Notes: generated from the sequence alone by a model not told the origin. A stretch of 61,322 nt of DNA from a virus (IMGVR_UViG_3300029319_006288:1-61322), one strand, 5' to 3'. Positions 20,323 to 30,897 are shown, counted from the first letter of the stretch. Made by a program: numbers and translations.

Positions 20323-23300
20323 ATGATTGGAGATAATGTCTACGGGATAATACCGCCATCTGGCGAGTATAACAAAGATTGGCCTGTACATTTTAACCTA
20401 CCTCAAGGTGCGAGCGGCGAGCTTTCTACCGGAGGTTGGACTGCTGACGTACAAGTATCAGGAAACTATGGCAACGAGGGTTTTGTACAGCAGACCTTTT
20501 TAGGTGCATCTATTAGAGATTTTGATTTAAGTGCTGGGTTTGGTGACTCCGCATCTTCTATGACGATCAATCTCGTTAATGATGAATACAATGACTCGGA
20601 TCGTCAACCGTTAGGTTTAGGAGATGACCCATACCATAATGGTAACAGCGATCAATTCTTACCACCGGTTGTTGGTACGCCTGTGTATTTTAAGTTCGGT
20701 AAAAATCCGGCTACTATAGAACAGGCTTTTCGACAAACATATGACGATCTCTATGGAATTCAGACCCTTCCTGCAAAAGTTGCCCCTAATGCTTGGGGCT
20801 ATACGTTCCCAGAGATTCCTTGGGACGCAGAGGATTTTGATGAATTACCACCCTACTACTTGGTTGACAGAATAAACAATGTTGCTCAAGATAGAAGTTT
20901 ATTGTGGGACATAAATACAGAGTGGCGTGGTCGTGCCCATTTCAATTTTGGCGGTATCCTACAGAGTTACACTCAGAACAAAGGTCCGGGCGGCAAGCCA
21001 GTATACTCTGTCTCCATCACAGACCCAAGAGAAATCCTATCAAACGTAAATGTTCTTTTAAATAATTATCAAGACACTACTTTCAACTACAAAAATCTTA
21101 TCAATCTTTATGGGTTTTTAGAGTACGATCCTTCTACATCTCTCTTTACGGAATTTAGCACCAAAGCTCAAGGCATAGGTGTTATCGACAAGTTTACAAA
21201 CAATACAACTGGCGAGGTTTTATATGTTGGCGTAGATGCAGCTTGGGATGCTGAAGACGGTTTGGTAAAAGTAGAACCAAAAAATCCAGCGATGGTTCAA
21301 CCAGACCCACCAGACGGACCCTTTATAAATCTTAAAGACCAATATTATTTCGGTCAAATACCGTTTGCCCCAGACGTTTTGCCAGAGTATTTTCCAATTA
21401 CTGGTCAGGGTTTTTCACGACGCAGCGATAAAGGTATGCCTTGGTATAGAATATCTCAAGGTCTTGCTGCTATGTTCCAGTATTATGGGTTTTTACCACA
21501 AGAATACAAGGATGCAGGCTTTGGCGGTGCAATCAACTTTAGAGGGTTTAATTACGTTGTAGATTTTGGTGGTATTCCAACAGAAAAAATTCCCCTGCTG
21601 TACTACATGGATTTTGACCAGATTGATCTTCTCAGTTTGGCCCAAGAACTTTGTGACATTATTAGTCATGAATTATACGTTACCCTGCTTCCTGTTATAG
21701 ATCATCCTGCATCAAAGTTCCTGTTTGAATACAATAATTACCAAGCAGAGAATGGGTACAAAGAAAACATTATTGCTGGAATTATCAGACTAGACGCTAT
21801 AGATAAAACTCAGCAACCTCAATACGGTGCAATTAAATCGTATATAGAAGAACTACAAGATCGAGGAATCAATGTAGAAAATTCAGATGTTGGGTTTGAA
21901 TTGTCTAATGTTACTACTGATAAGTTTGTGGTTGGTGCCCAAGAAGTAGAAACTTATTTCTTCCACTCCGAAAGAGATAGAGACGAATTATGGACTGAAG
22001 CTCAGACCAATAACGTTGCAAACAGAGATTGGCTACAGCAGCATCAATGGGACATAAAAGTTCAAGAGCAGCAGCAAATGCTACCTTACTATGGGTTGCT
22101 AGGAAATAATGCCGTTTCAATTCCTAGAGGTTTTGGTTCTTATCAGCAGATTCTTTTGGATGCTACAAATCTTAATGCGTATGGCGTTGGCAATTATTAT
22201 GTCGCTACTGAATTAGAGTTGCGTGCCGCACTTGTCTCGTATCAGAAGTGGAAAGATTTCTTACTATCCTATAATGAGACTTACGTTGAAGACACTTCAG
22301 AACATAGAGCGTTTCTATCTGCACTGTCTTCCGATAAAAATCAAATCAATAAGGTCTTCCAAGATTTTAGAGATAGGGCCGATTTCGATAATCTGCCAGA
22401 TGGTACAGCAAAAACAAGAATTGACGAAATACTTACAGATTTAGAAAATAGACAGTACGCCGTTACTGTTCCTAGATGCGTGTGGCACTCTGATAAGCCA
22501 GTGGTAGACGAGTTTGGATATCCACAAAGTCCATGCTCACCACCATTTGGATATCCTCTGTATTATCGTCGTGCGACAGCTATAGGTATTGTAGAAGCTG
22601 GCGTTGGCAAGATTGTCAATGCCAAAACCAAGGTTGTCAAAGATACTGCTAATCTGAAAAAGTCTTTTGAAAATGTAAATAGTCCTTTGCTGAAGTTGCC
22701 CAAGAAAACTCTTTCTGAGAGAATGAAAGCTATTAGATCCGAAATAAATAAACTTGCAGAAGAAAATAAGGGCGATCCTAATTTCAAGACTCACAACAAG
22801 AGATACAGAGCTTTAGTCGAACAGCTAACTGAACACACGCAGATCATGAATAATTATGATAAGATGGCTGCTGCACTTAGATCCTCTAATGAATCTGTCG
22901 CTTTTGTTGAAGACTTAGAGAATGGCCCATTGGGTAAGTTTCTTTTCAATATAGAGAAGACAGCTAAAAAGCATGAAGAAAATGCAAAGAAGGTTTACAA
23001 TTTTGTTAAAAAGATTGCCGACGAATGTTTAGGTAAGAAGTTTCTTGTCAGAATTCCTAAGATCGCAAACGTGGGATACTCTAAAACAATCTCTACCTTT
23101 GATGGTACTGCAAACTTTAACATTAAAAATGGACCCTTTGGTTTTGTTCCAAGGCCAATATCATCAGACCCCAAAGCATTGGGAGAATTTTCTTATGACA
23201 TCAATACCCTTCCTATTTTCGATGCGGGGATGCCTAGTTTCGTAGAAGATTTAAATTTAGCTATTCAGAACAGATTAAGCGGTGGAAATGCAAGCAATCT

Positions 23301-25485
23301 TTGGCTTGACTACTTGCAAGATTATGAAAACCACAAAGACTTAAAACCAGATGACGAAAGAAAAATATCAGATCCAAGTCTTGTTCGTGCAGGTGCTCTA
23401 AAAGGTAATTATAACCCATTCTCTGAAAGTTGGGAATGGAATTACAAACCAGAACCTCAAGGTGGATTTTTCGGGTTTAACATATTTGGAGTGAATGTAT
23501 CTGCTTTACAGGCTTTGAGAGCGGGTGTTCCTTGGTCGAGTATGCCACCAGCCATCCAGCAAGGTCTTTGCCCAATTGATATGAACAACTTGATGAGTGA
23601 TTCAAACAGGATTGAGTGCTATGCTCGTTATAATCATAGTGAGACATTAGATTTTACGGGCGTTAGTGCCAGTGATATGGTTCAGCAAGTTATGACCAAA
23701 GGTGGTCAATTCATTCCAGACGTTGTTGAGGAACTACCAAATAATAACATTGACAACAAACTAAGATTTGAAGCTCTTGCTCAAACAAAAGAAGAACAGA
23801 GAAAGAAAGAGCGACAGCCAGATTCGATGGCGTTCGTAAAATGTAGTGTTGATGAAACATTGTACATGCCGCCCAAACTGAAAAAGTATAACTTAGACGT
23901 TTATGCGAATGAGTATGAGTTTACTCTTAGTATTCCAGAACCTGTAAGAACTGAGGGTAAAAACGAAGATTGTACTCCTAGAATTACTTATGACTATCCA
24001 AACGCTATACCTTTATTCTCTATACCAAGAGATGGAGGCGTAGATGGAAGAAATGAGGAATGGTACGACTTTAGAAGAGTGTACGATAAAGAGACAGAAT
24101 CTTGGATTATTGATAGCGACATAGAGAAATTAGACGACAAACATGTTTACGCACTTGTTACGGTTCCCGGAAGAGTCAGAAGTATTATTGACACAAGATG
24201 GAACGATGGGCAAAATCAAGAGTATCAGGCTTTACAACTCAAGCACTTGATGACTCAAGACACTGTTCAGATTCCACAGTTTAGCAAGCCAAATATACCA
24301 CAGCCCGGACAATCTAAGATTCCTTGTGGACCGCCACCGACAGCTTCCGGTCAAGCTGAAGCCCAAGCTATTGGTAGTGGTTATGGATTGATTGGTGCAA
24401 CAAAAATAGACAGTGTAAGATATCCTACTTTATGGGGTGTAGATTTTAGTTCATTAGACTATGACGCTTATATTCCGGGTAAAAAAGAAGATTGGCTTAG
24501 ATTTTCCCTAGAAGAAATTAGTTCAGCTAGATCATTAAGTAAGAAGGTTATCGAAGGTAGTATAACTAACAATCCAAATGTGAGAATAAATTACACTCAG
24601 CCTTCTCCTGTATTCCCAGACATTGTTGCTATACCAATGATGTCTCACGAAAGGTGTTATGGCCCTTGGTTGTCATCATCTCAACTAAACCCAAGTGGCG
24701 ACCCAAGAGTTAAGTTTGCAGACATTGGAGGCAAGGTAGAGTTTATCAAGGATGAGAATTTTGCCCCTTGGAATTTCGCAGGCTATCAATTGATGAATGA
24801 GGCTGGCTCTTTACAGGCACAGTTCTCAAATAGTCTTCTACTGTTTAGTGAGAGAGGTGGATTTGCTATTCCAGATGCACCAACAGGAATTGCTTTGGCT
24901 TCAGCTTTGAAGCAGGCAGGCCCACTGGTTACTTCTATAGGTGTTAATGTCTCACAAGGAGGAGTCAAAACAACCGTGAAGATGGATCTTTACACCGCCC
25001 AATGGGGTAAACTTGCAAAACAAAAAGAAATGGCAATTAGTCAGATCGCAAGAGAAAGGCAAAAATTAAAAGACGAGCAGAACAGTGCGATCAGAAGAGG
25101 ATTAGGAAAAAGATCGACCAGTACAGATCTCGTAAATTCTGTAATGAACGCTGGCGGTCAACAGGTATTGAATATAGTTAATGGCGTTACTCAACAAACT
25201 GAAGCAAATAGAGAGCTTGGAAAAGAAGTATCTGAAGGTGTTATAGCTCTGGGTGCAAATGGAGGCGTTGCATATAACGACCCTAAAGACTTGCAGAAAG
25301 CACTTAGTACAGCAGATCAAAACTTAATGAAGCAAGAGTTTGAAAGGTCTGTGGTTGCATCGGTTACTGATTTCTTTCAGGCATTTTCTAAAGACCCAAG
25401 TAAATTCTTACCAAGTTATTTGTTGAACACATATAAACCTCTAAACCATATGATTGACCCGGACAATCATACACCTGAAGAATAG
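20323..25485 (+). CDS. Large tail or baseplate hub-like protein (1720 aa) with central coiled coil
   Basis: AGGA RBS upstream. The N-terminus has hub-like strands (FDLSAGFGDSASSMTINLV; FGGILQSYTQ..YSVSITDPREIL). There is an internal coiled coil and a C-terminal GPLVTSIGVNVSQGGVKTT strand pattern. Function is inferred from position and pattern only. Confidence 0.5.
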   Translation: MIGDNVYGIIPPSGEYNKDWPVHFNLPQGASGELSTGGWTADVQVSGNYGNEGFVQQTFLGASIRDFDLSAGFGDSASSMTINLVNDEYNDSDRQPLGLGDDPYHNGNSDQFLPPVVGTPVYFKFGKNPATIEQAFRQTYDDLYGIQTLPAKVAPNAWGYTFPEIPWDAEDFDELPPYYLVDRINNVAQDRSLLWDINTEWRGRAHFNFGGILQSYTQNKGPGGKPVYSVSITDPREILSNVNVLLNNYQDTTFNYKNLINLYGFLEYDPSTSLFTEFSTKAQGIGVIDKFTNNTTGEVLYVGVDAAWDAEDGLVKVEPKNPAMVQPDPPDGPFINLKDQYYFGQIPFAPDVLPEYFPITGQGFSRRSDKGMPWYRISQGLAAMFQYYGFLPQEYKDAGFGGAINFRGFNYVVDFGGIPTEKIPLLYYMDFDQIDLLSLAQELCDIISHELYVTLLPVIDHPASKFLFEYNNYQAENGYKENIIAGIIRLDAIDKTQQPQYGAIKSYIEELQDRGINVENSDVGFELSNVTTDKFVVGAQEVETYFFHSERDRDELWTEAQTNNVANRDWLQQHQWDIKVQEQQQMLPYYGLLGNNAVSIPRGFGSYQQILLDATNLNAYGVGNYYVATELELRAALVSYQKWKDFLLSYNETYVEDTSEHRAFLSALSSDKNQINKVFQDFRDRADFDNLPDGTAKTRIDEILTDLENRQYAVTVPRCVWHSDKPVVDEFGYPQSPCSPPFGYPLYYRRATAIGIVEAGVGKIVNAKTKVVKDTANLKKSFENVNSPLLKLPKKTLSERMKAIRSEINKLAEENKGDPNFKTHNKRYRALVEQLTEHTQIMNNYDKMAAALRSSNESVAFVEDLENGPLGKFLFNIEKTAKKHEENAKKVYNFVKKIADECLGKKFLVRIPKIANVGYSKTISTFDGTANFNIKNGPFGFVPRPISSDPKALGEFSYDINTLPIFDAGMPSFVEDLNLAIQNRLSGGNASNLWLDYLQDYENHKDLKPDDERKISDPSLVRAGALKGNYNPFSESWEWNYKPEPQGGFFGFNIFGVNVSALQALRAGVPWSSMPPAIQQGLCPIDMNNLMSDSNRIECYARYNHSETLDFTGVSASDMVQQVMTKGGQFIPDVVEELPNNNIDNKLRFEALAQTKEEQRKKERQPDSMAFVKCSVDETLYMPPKLKKYNLDVYANEYEFTLSIPEPVRTEGKNEDCTPRITYDYPNAIPLFSIPRDGGVDGRNEEWYDFRRVYDKETESWIIDSDIEKLDDKHVYALVTVPGRVRSIIDTRWNDGQNQEYQALQLKHLMTQDTVQIPQFSKPNIPQPGQSKIPCGPPPTASGQAEAQAIGSGYGLIGATKIDSVRYPTLWGVDFSSLDYDAYIPGKKEDWLRFSLEEISSARSLSKKVIEGSITNNPNVRINYTQPSPVFPDIVAIPMMSHERCYGPWLSSSQLNPSGDPRVKFADIGGKVEFIKDENFAPWNFAGYQLMNEAGSLQAQFSNSLLLFSERGGFAIPDAPTGIALASALKQAGPLVTSIGVNVSQGGVKTTVKMDLYTAQWGKLAKQKEMAISQIARERQKLKDEQNSAIRRGLGKRSTSTDLVNSVMNAGGQQVLNIVNGVTQQTEANRELGKEVSEGVIALGANGGVAYNDPKDLQKALSTADQNLMKQEFERSVVASVTDFFQAFSKDPSKFLPSYLLNTYKPLNHMIDPDNHTPEE

Positions 25486-25494
25486 GAATAGGAA

Positions 25495-28400
25495 ATGAAG
25501 AACCCAGATAAAACAGATTTTCATGTTTTTGAAACTAACCATCCATATTTTATTGAATTGGGACTCGGTACGTTTACTACTGGCACTTTACTTGAGTGGT
25601 GGAATGAACGTGATAATCTAGGAAGATATCTAAACAGGCGTCATATCAATGTTCCTTTTGGTCCAACTGATAAACTGGATACTGTTACTAATACTCTACA
25701 AAACCTATTAGGCATAACTGACACTACAGAATTTTCTTGGTACGGATGGAAGCCAAATTTGGATACTCCAAATGCTGGAAGATTCGCAAAACAAAACCTT
25801 AAAGGTTTAGATTCTAACGCAGGTGGCGAAGACAGTTACATATGGTCATATGCTGGGAAAACAACTGTAGGAATAGGTGACATTCAATCCACCGTTGACA
25901 GGCTCAATTTAGACACAGAAAATCCGGTTATTGGAGTTTTTCTTAGCGGTGTCGATCCTGCGTATCCTGACGTTCAGCCGTTGTATGTCAGTGCAGCAGA
26001 CCCATTTGATCCTCCTAGTACCCCAGAAGAGATAAATGAAGCAACATCTGGAAACATTGCTCTTGCTGAGTATTATGCACCACTAAAAGATATATCCCCT
26101 TTGTACAGCTTGATTCAGCTTAACAAGTTTATAAATCATTTTGATGATTATTACCCAAGAGAAACTTGGGAATTGAATGCAGCGAATACATACCCCGGAC
26201 TAGAGAAGAAACAGGCTTTTGGCTCATACGCACTCTTAAATGAAATTAAATCAGCCAAAAGCAACCCAAGAATACAATGGTCTGGCGACGTTACATTCTT
26301 TATAAATCAAAACGATGGGCTCATACAAAACTGTGAGATAACTGACAATATTACATTTAGTCTTTACCTTAAAGACGAATCAATGACTGCAAAGACTGGC
26401 AAAGCAGTCACTATGAAGGAAATGTCGTTTGTTGGACCAAGGCGAGATGCTGTAGGTGCAATTGGTGGAGAAGATGGTGAGCGAGTATCTGACGATCAAG
26501 AAGATGTTACTAGGCAGGCTGCTGGAGAGGTAGATCTTCAATGGAATCCTGTGACTAAAAAGTGGCAAAGCGGAAACGTAAATATGCTTTGTAAACTTGT
26601 TACCCAGCTAAGACCCGGAAAAGTTCCCACACTAGACCATCTCTTAAATAACGACATTAGAGACACACTAGAAGAAGAAGATAATGCAAATTGCTATATT
26701 CCTTCTCGCGGTTCCGGTATGCTCATCAGGACACAGAACAGTATGCCCCTTCAATGGTCGCCCAACTATGCAGAAACAGCAGATACAAGATGTAAGGATG
26801 AAGGCAGAAACAAGCAAATCGTTCCTGTTTACAACTTCAACCCTAGAAAAACATATCCATCAGGCGAAGAAGTTTTGCTTACGCAGATTGACGGTGTTTG
26901 GCATGTTAGTGACTTGGGCAGGGGCGAGGAAGAAGAAGAAGCACCACCGGTCGCCGTAGGTATTGGAAGGTGGGGATCATTCACTTATACCATGACATCT
27001 AGTCAGTTTTTCTTCAAGGGCTTACCTAGCGGCAATACTACTAAGGAATATGTAGATATTACGCCTAGAGATGCAGAATTAAATTTTCATGTTAATTATT
27101 ATCTTTCCGCAAAAACTGACCCGAAACTTCAAGGTGCAGAAGATGCACTTTTAAATCTGTTTCGTAAATATGATAATCCCGGCGATGAAGTAACTGGAAG
27201 AACACCCAATGGTGGATACAACTTTACTCAACCATTCAATACTGCAAACTATGGACGATGGGGTGATGTGCCCGCATATTTTCAGCAAACATCATTTGAT
27301 TACCTAGATAGTCAAATTTTTGGAATACGTGGAAAAGATTCTTCAAGAACAACAGACGGTCCAGATAAGTGCTCAATAGCCTCTACTTCTGCTACACTTA
27401 ATTCTGCGGGTAAAGTCATTCCGTTTGAAGCTAGTGAATATCCGGATAGAAATGCCGCACACTGCGGTGCATTTTTTGGCTGTTTATTTCCTAATGGATA
27501 TCAGGGCACAGAAATATATGATGGAGATGATCCTAGAACTTTCCTCGTAGATGGAGAAAGTAGTCGTGATGCCAATTTTGAAGATTATTTTAATGTAGAC
27601 AACCAATCTATTACCACAAACCCATTTGATAGAGGGAATGGACTGGATGATAGAAATGATGTTAGCGTTCAAACACAGGCTCAAGTTAATCAACCATTTG
27701 AATCATGGAGTATAGAGCAAAATTCTTGGTCCAGAGGAACCTATGCTCATCAAGCTAATATCTTTTATCTTGACGCTGAAAATCAGCGTAAGAGTATGCC
27801 AGCAGATGTTATGCTTAATGCTTCTCCAGATGGAAAAAATGGAAGCCCAATCAAGCCAATAGGCGTGTTCAATGATATTTATCCCACAGGAGCACCCAAA
27901 ACTAAATGGGATGATCCTAGTTTTGATCTTGTTAAATCAGTACCAAATAAAGTTAATGAAGGTGTTTGGTTATATAGAGCACCAGAAACTGGAGAAGCAG
28001 ATATCAATGTGAGTGCATTTGATTTTCAACCGGTAACACGGTCCAATATCATGTTTAGACCTCTAAAAATGGAGGCTTATCTTGGTATGGGGCAATTAAG
28101 TGTTCCATTTAATAAGGTTGATGCGGATAGAAGCACTCTTATGGATGTAGATAAATGGGTTAAAGAGAGGAGTATTCCTAATTGGGGTGAATTTAAAACC
28201 AATCCGGCTACATTATTTACTGAAATAGCAACATCTACGGTAAGTAAAGAATTACCTATTGGTGGTTATGCATCTGACCGTGAGTTTCCAAACGCTAAAC
28301 ACAACTTTGCCGGATATGAAAGAGGAAATGCCTACCCTCAAGGCCCATTAAAGTGGGGTGCTTGGACAAAACACAAGCCAACCTACACCAGATTGCATGA

Positions 28401-29946
28401 ATATAACTATTGGGAACGAAGCATTGCTGGCGGGGGAATGTACTTCGCCAATGAGTTTATCACGGGTGGCGATCCGTACCGGATGGAAGGTGATTACGAT
28501 AGTAACTGGAAAGGTGCGGGAGCTTTTGGAATTATTACAACGAGCCTCAAAGTATCAGCAAATACCATAATAGAATTTACCACAAAAAATCTGTATGGTA
28601 TGGGTGCAGCAGCCGCTGGCGAGTTTACCATTCAGGGTGGTCACGCTGAACAGAATAAGAGTTGGGGCGTCAGTAACTTTATAGAAAGCTATAAACAAGA
28701 AAACATTATAGATCTTAGTGTTAGAATTTATCAGGGGCATCCTACGGAGCAAACTCTTTATGACCCAAGATACTTTGCAGTCCACCATTTTAATCCGGGT
28801 GTAGACTTTGCGTTTGATTTATATCAGGGTACAGGTGTTATCCCAGTAAACGCCTTGGGACAAGGTAAACCTATTCCAAGAAATTACCTGTCTGATGATT
28901 TTAAAAATCTGAGGGATGGTAATGGTGATCTTTTAGATACTGTAACTTATGTCTTCCCAGAGGCTAGTGGTGCCGATATTGGAATTCCAAGTAGGTGGGA
29001 GAAGCACATCGACCCTACAGTTTCTGGTGACAATCTTCACCATGTAGATGGAGGAACTTTTAGTCCAATTGAACTTGCCAACTACAGTCGTGTTTTCAAA
29101 GATGCTACGGCAGAAGGAGTGTTTGGCCTGCTTTCGGCTCCCAAGCCACCATTGATGAATGAAGAATATTGGTTGCCAGATACAAAAAGAAATGGTAAAT
29201 TATTGCCTTATAGGTACTACGCAAAAACACTAGGTGTTCCCATTCCTCATCTGATCTCAGATAATCCTTCTGTTACTATGGTTGCAGAAAAAGATGTTGA
29301 AGGTGAACCAGCTTGGAACCACGCAGGCTCACTAATTGTTACTAATTCTGGCACAGGGTTCTCCGTAGACGAGGCGGTTGGTATATTTGAAAATGACATT
29401 ATCTTGAGAGTTACAGCAGTAGGCGAGGGTGGTTCCGTCGCGGGATTGTCAGTGGAAAGATTTGGATCTGGTATTCCGGTCAATAAAACGAGAGGTAGTG
29501 GAGATCTAATTGGTAGCTTTACGTCTAATTTTACAATATCTCCGCTTGTTGGTGCTGGTGAAGGGTTCAATGGATACTTTGTTTCTGCTGGACTGCAAAA
29601 TAGTATTCAATATGATGACAAACCATTCCTTATAAAAAGAAATGGTCAGGAAATAAATAGGATCGCTGCTAACGAACCCGGACCAAAACATCTTTCTACT
29701 GGAAAATCAAGTGCAGCAGAACCACTTGCGTTCATTGAAGATACTGAGACCGTTCAATATATTATTCCTGAATTACTCAAGACTAACGATGGCTCATATG
29801 ACATTTTCTTCCATTTTCATAATGATATAACTATGACTTGGTTTGCTTGCGGTAGTAGATCTAGCCAAACACCGTGGGGCGATTTCGACAACAATGCCGA
29901 AGCCAACGAACAGTATATTTCAATTGAGGGCATAAACTTACTCTAA
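25495..29946 (+). CDS. Large tail-associated structural protein (1483 aa)
   Basis: AGGA RBS upstream. The C-terminal VTNSGTGF...VTAVGEGGSVAGLSVERFGSG segment resembles the Gly-rich beta repeats of phage baseplate and tail-fibre proteins. Confidence 0.5.
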   Translation: MKNPDKTDFHVFETNHPYFIELGLGTFTTGTLLEWWNERDNLGRYLNRRHINVPFGPTDKLDTVTNTLQNLLGITDTTEFSWYGWKPNLDTPNAGRFAKQNLKGLDSNAGGEDSYIWSYAGKTTVGIGDIQSTVDRLNLDTENPVIGVFLSGVDPAYPDVQPLYVSAADPFDPPSTPEEINEATSGNIALAEYYAPLKDISPLYSLIQLNKFINHFDDYYPRETWELNAANTYPGLEKKQAFGSYALLNEIKSAKSNPRIQWSGDVTFFINQNDGLIQNCEITDNITFSLYLKDESMTAKTGKAVTMKEMSFVGPRRDAVGAIGGEDGERVSDDQEDVTRQAAGEVDLQWNPVTKKWQSGNVNMLCKLVTQLRPGKVPTLDHLLNNDIRDTLEEEDNANCYIPSRGSGMLIRTQNSMPLQWSPNYAETADTRCKDEGRNKQIVPVYNFNPRKTYPSGEEVLLTQIDGVWHVSDLGRGEEEEEAPPVAVGIGRWGSFTYTMTSSQFFFKGLPSGNTTKEYVDITPRDAELNFHVNYYLSAKTDPKLQGAEDALLNLFRKYDNPGDEVTGRTPNGGYNFTQPFNTANYGRWGDVPAYFQQTSFDYLDSQIFGIRGKDSSRTTDGPDKCSIASTSATLNSAGKVIPFEASEYPDRNAAHCGAFFGCLFPNGYQGTEIYDGDDPRTFLVDGESSRDANFEDYFNVDNQSITTNPFDRGNGLDDRNDVSVQTQAQVNQPFESWSIEQNSWSRGTYAHQANIFYLDAENQRKSMPADVMLNASPDGKNGSPIKPIGVFNDIYPTGAPKTKWDDPSFDLVKSVPNKVNEGVWLYRAPETGEADINVSAFDFQPVTRSNIMFRPLKMEAYLGMGQLSVPFNKVDADRSTLMDVDKWVKERSIPNWGEFKTNPATLFTEIATSTVSKELPIGGYASDREFPNAKHNFAGYERGNAYPQGPLKWGAWTKHKPTYTRLHEYNYWERSIAGGGMYFANEFITGGDPYRMEGDYDSNWKGAGAFGIITTSLKVSANTIIEFTTKNLYGMGAAAAGEFTIQGGHAEQNKSWGVSNFIESYKQENIIDLSVRIYQGHPTEQTLYDPRYFAVHHFNPGVDFAFDLYQGTGVIPVNALGQGKPIPRNYLSDDFKNLRDGNGDLLDTVTYVFPEASGADIGIPSRWEKHIDPTVSGDNLHHVDGGTFSPIELANYSRVFKDATAEGVFGLLSAPKPPLMNEEYWLPDTKRNGKLLPYRYYAKTLGVPIPHLISDNPSVTMVAEKDVEGEPAWNHAGSLIVTNSGTGFSVDEAVGIFENDIILRVTAVGEGGSVAGLSVERFGSGIPVNKTRGSGDLIGSFTSNFTISPLVGAGEGFNGYFVSAGLQNSIQYDDKPFLIKRNGQEINRIAANEPGPKHLSTGKSSAAEPLAFIEDTETVQYIIPELLKTNDGSYDIFFHFHNDITMTWFACGSRSSQTPWGDFDNNAEANEQYISIEGINLL

Positions 29947-29955
29947 ATCAATTTT

Positions 29956-29990
29956 ATGTGTATAATACATTGTAAATCTTTACAAGGAGA
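29956..29990 (+). promoter_or_regulatory. Putative late promoter ATGTGTATAATAC (copy 2), inverted repeat TTGTAAA-TC-TTTACAA and AGGAG RBS
   Basis: All in the 52-nt intergenic gap: 13-mer at 29956-29968, perfect 7-bp inverted repeat at 29970-29985, AGGAGA at 29985-29990, ATG at 29999. Confidence 0.6.
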
Positions 29991-29998
29991 TTAAAACT

Positions 29999-30748
29999 AT
30001 GGCGACAATAACATTTCACGCAAATAACGAAAATATCTATACAGAGGGCACTGGAAACCAGCCAGACCTTATCAATAGTAACGCTGGATCGGGTCTAGGG
30101 TTCTTTGGTGGAGGTTTTGGTATTTCTGTTCCAGTTAGCCAGTATCAGGATTCTACATATGTTACTGATGCAAACGGCACTACTTCTGGTATCAAGTGCT
30201 CTAATTTAAAGTATTCGACTGACACAACTGCTTTTATTCAGGGCGAGGGATCAGACAGTGTAGTTTCTGGTATTCCAAATATCGCTGCACCACTGAATAT
30301 TAGGTTTGAGAATAGCGATGCTGTACGTGTCCAGAACTGCAAATTAAGAATTTTTGACCGTCAGAGCATTGATAACCATGCGAGTGGCGTTGTAACTAAG
30401 GTCTACGAAATTAGACACCCACATCCAGTTATTGGTGTAGATTTTGGTGCAAATAAAGGGCCACTCAAGTTTAGGGGTGTTGCAGACGATCACGAGTGGG
30501 AACAGTTTACTGACGGGTTTGCGATGGCAGATTACGTTATGACGCCCGGACCCGGACCTAGTGGTTTAAATACCTCGTCAGATGACCCTCTGGCAACTGG
30601 TGATGGCACACACTTTAATCATATTGCTCAATCTGGTGAGGCTTGTCGTGCTAATCGTCACGACTGGTATGTTGCTTTGAGTGCATCGCCAAACAGTATT
30701 GGGAGCAAGACAGACTTCGGACTTTATTTCACGTTAGAATATCTATAG
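29999..30748 (+). CDS. Putative virion structural protein (249 aa)
   Basis: Strong RBS and its own promoter-like motif. Starts MATITF, is beta-rich and has 6 SG dipeptides. No family recognised. Confidence 0.55.
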   Translation: MATITFHANNENIYTEGTGNQPDLINSNAGSGLGFFGGGFGISVPVSQYQDSTYVTDANGTTSGIKCSNLKYSTDTTAFIQGEGSDSVVSGIPNIAAPLNIRFENSDAVRVQNCKLRIFDRQSIDNHASGVVTKVYEIRHPHPVIGVDFGANKGPLKFRGVADDHEWEQFTDGFAMADYVMTPGPGPSGLNTSSDDPLATGDGTHFNHIAQSGEACRANRHDWYVALSASPNSIGSKTDFGLYFTLEYL

Positions 30749-30756
30749 GAGATAAG

Positions 30757-30897
30757 ATGCCTTTATTCAATGGCCCCATCATGACCTTTGTAAGAAAGCA
30801 CAGACTTGTAAGACGCACAGCCGCAATTGGCGGTGCCCTAGTCGGGATTTACTTCCTTGGTGCTTGGCAAGGATGGTGGGATAGATTCTTGTTTTAA
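30757..30897 (+). CDS. Small single-pass membrane protein (46 aa, not in the ORF track)
   Basis: AGGAGA at 30747-30752, ATG at 30757, TAA at 30895-30897. Translation: MPLFNGPIMTFVRKHRLVRRTAAIGGALVGIYFLGAWQGWWDRFLF (basic patch, hydrophobic helix, Trp belt). Confidence 0.7.
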   Translation: MPLFNGPIMTFVRKHRLVRRTAAIGGALVGIYFLGAWQGWWDRFLF

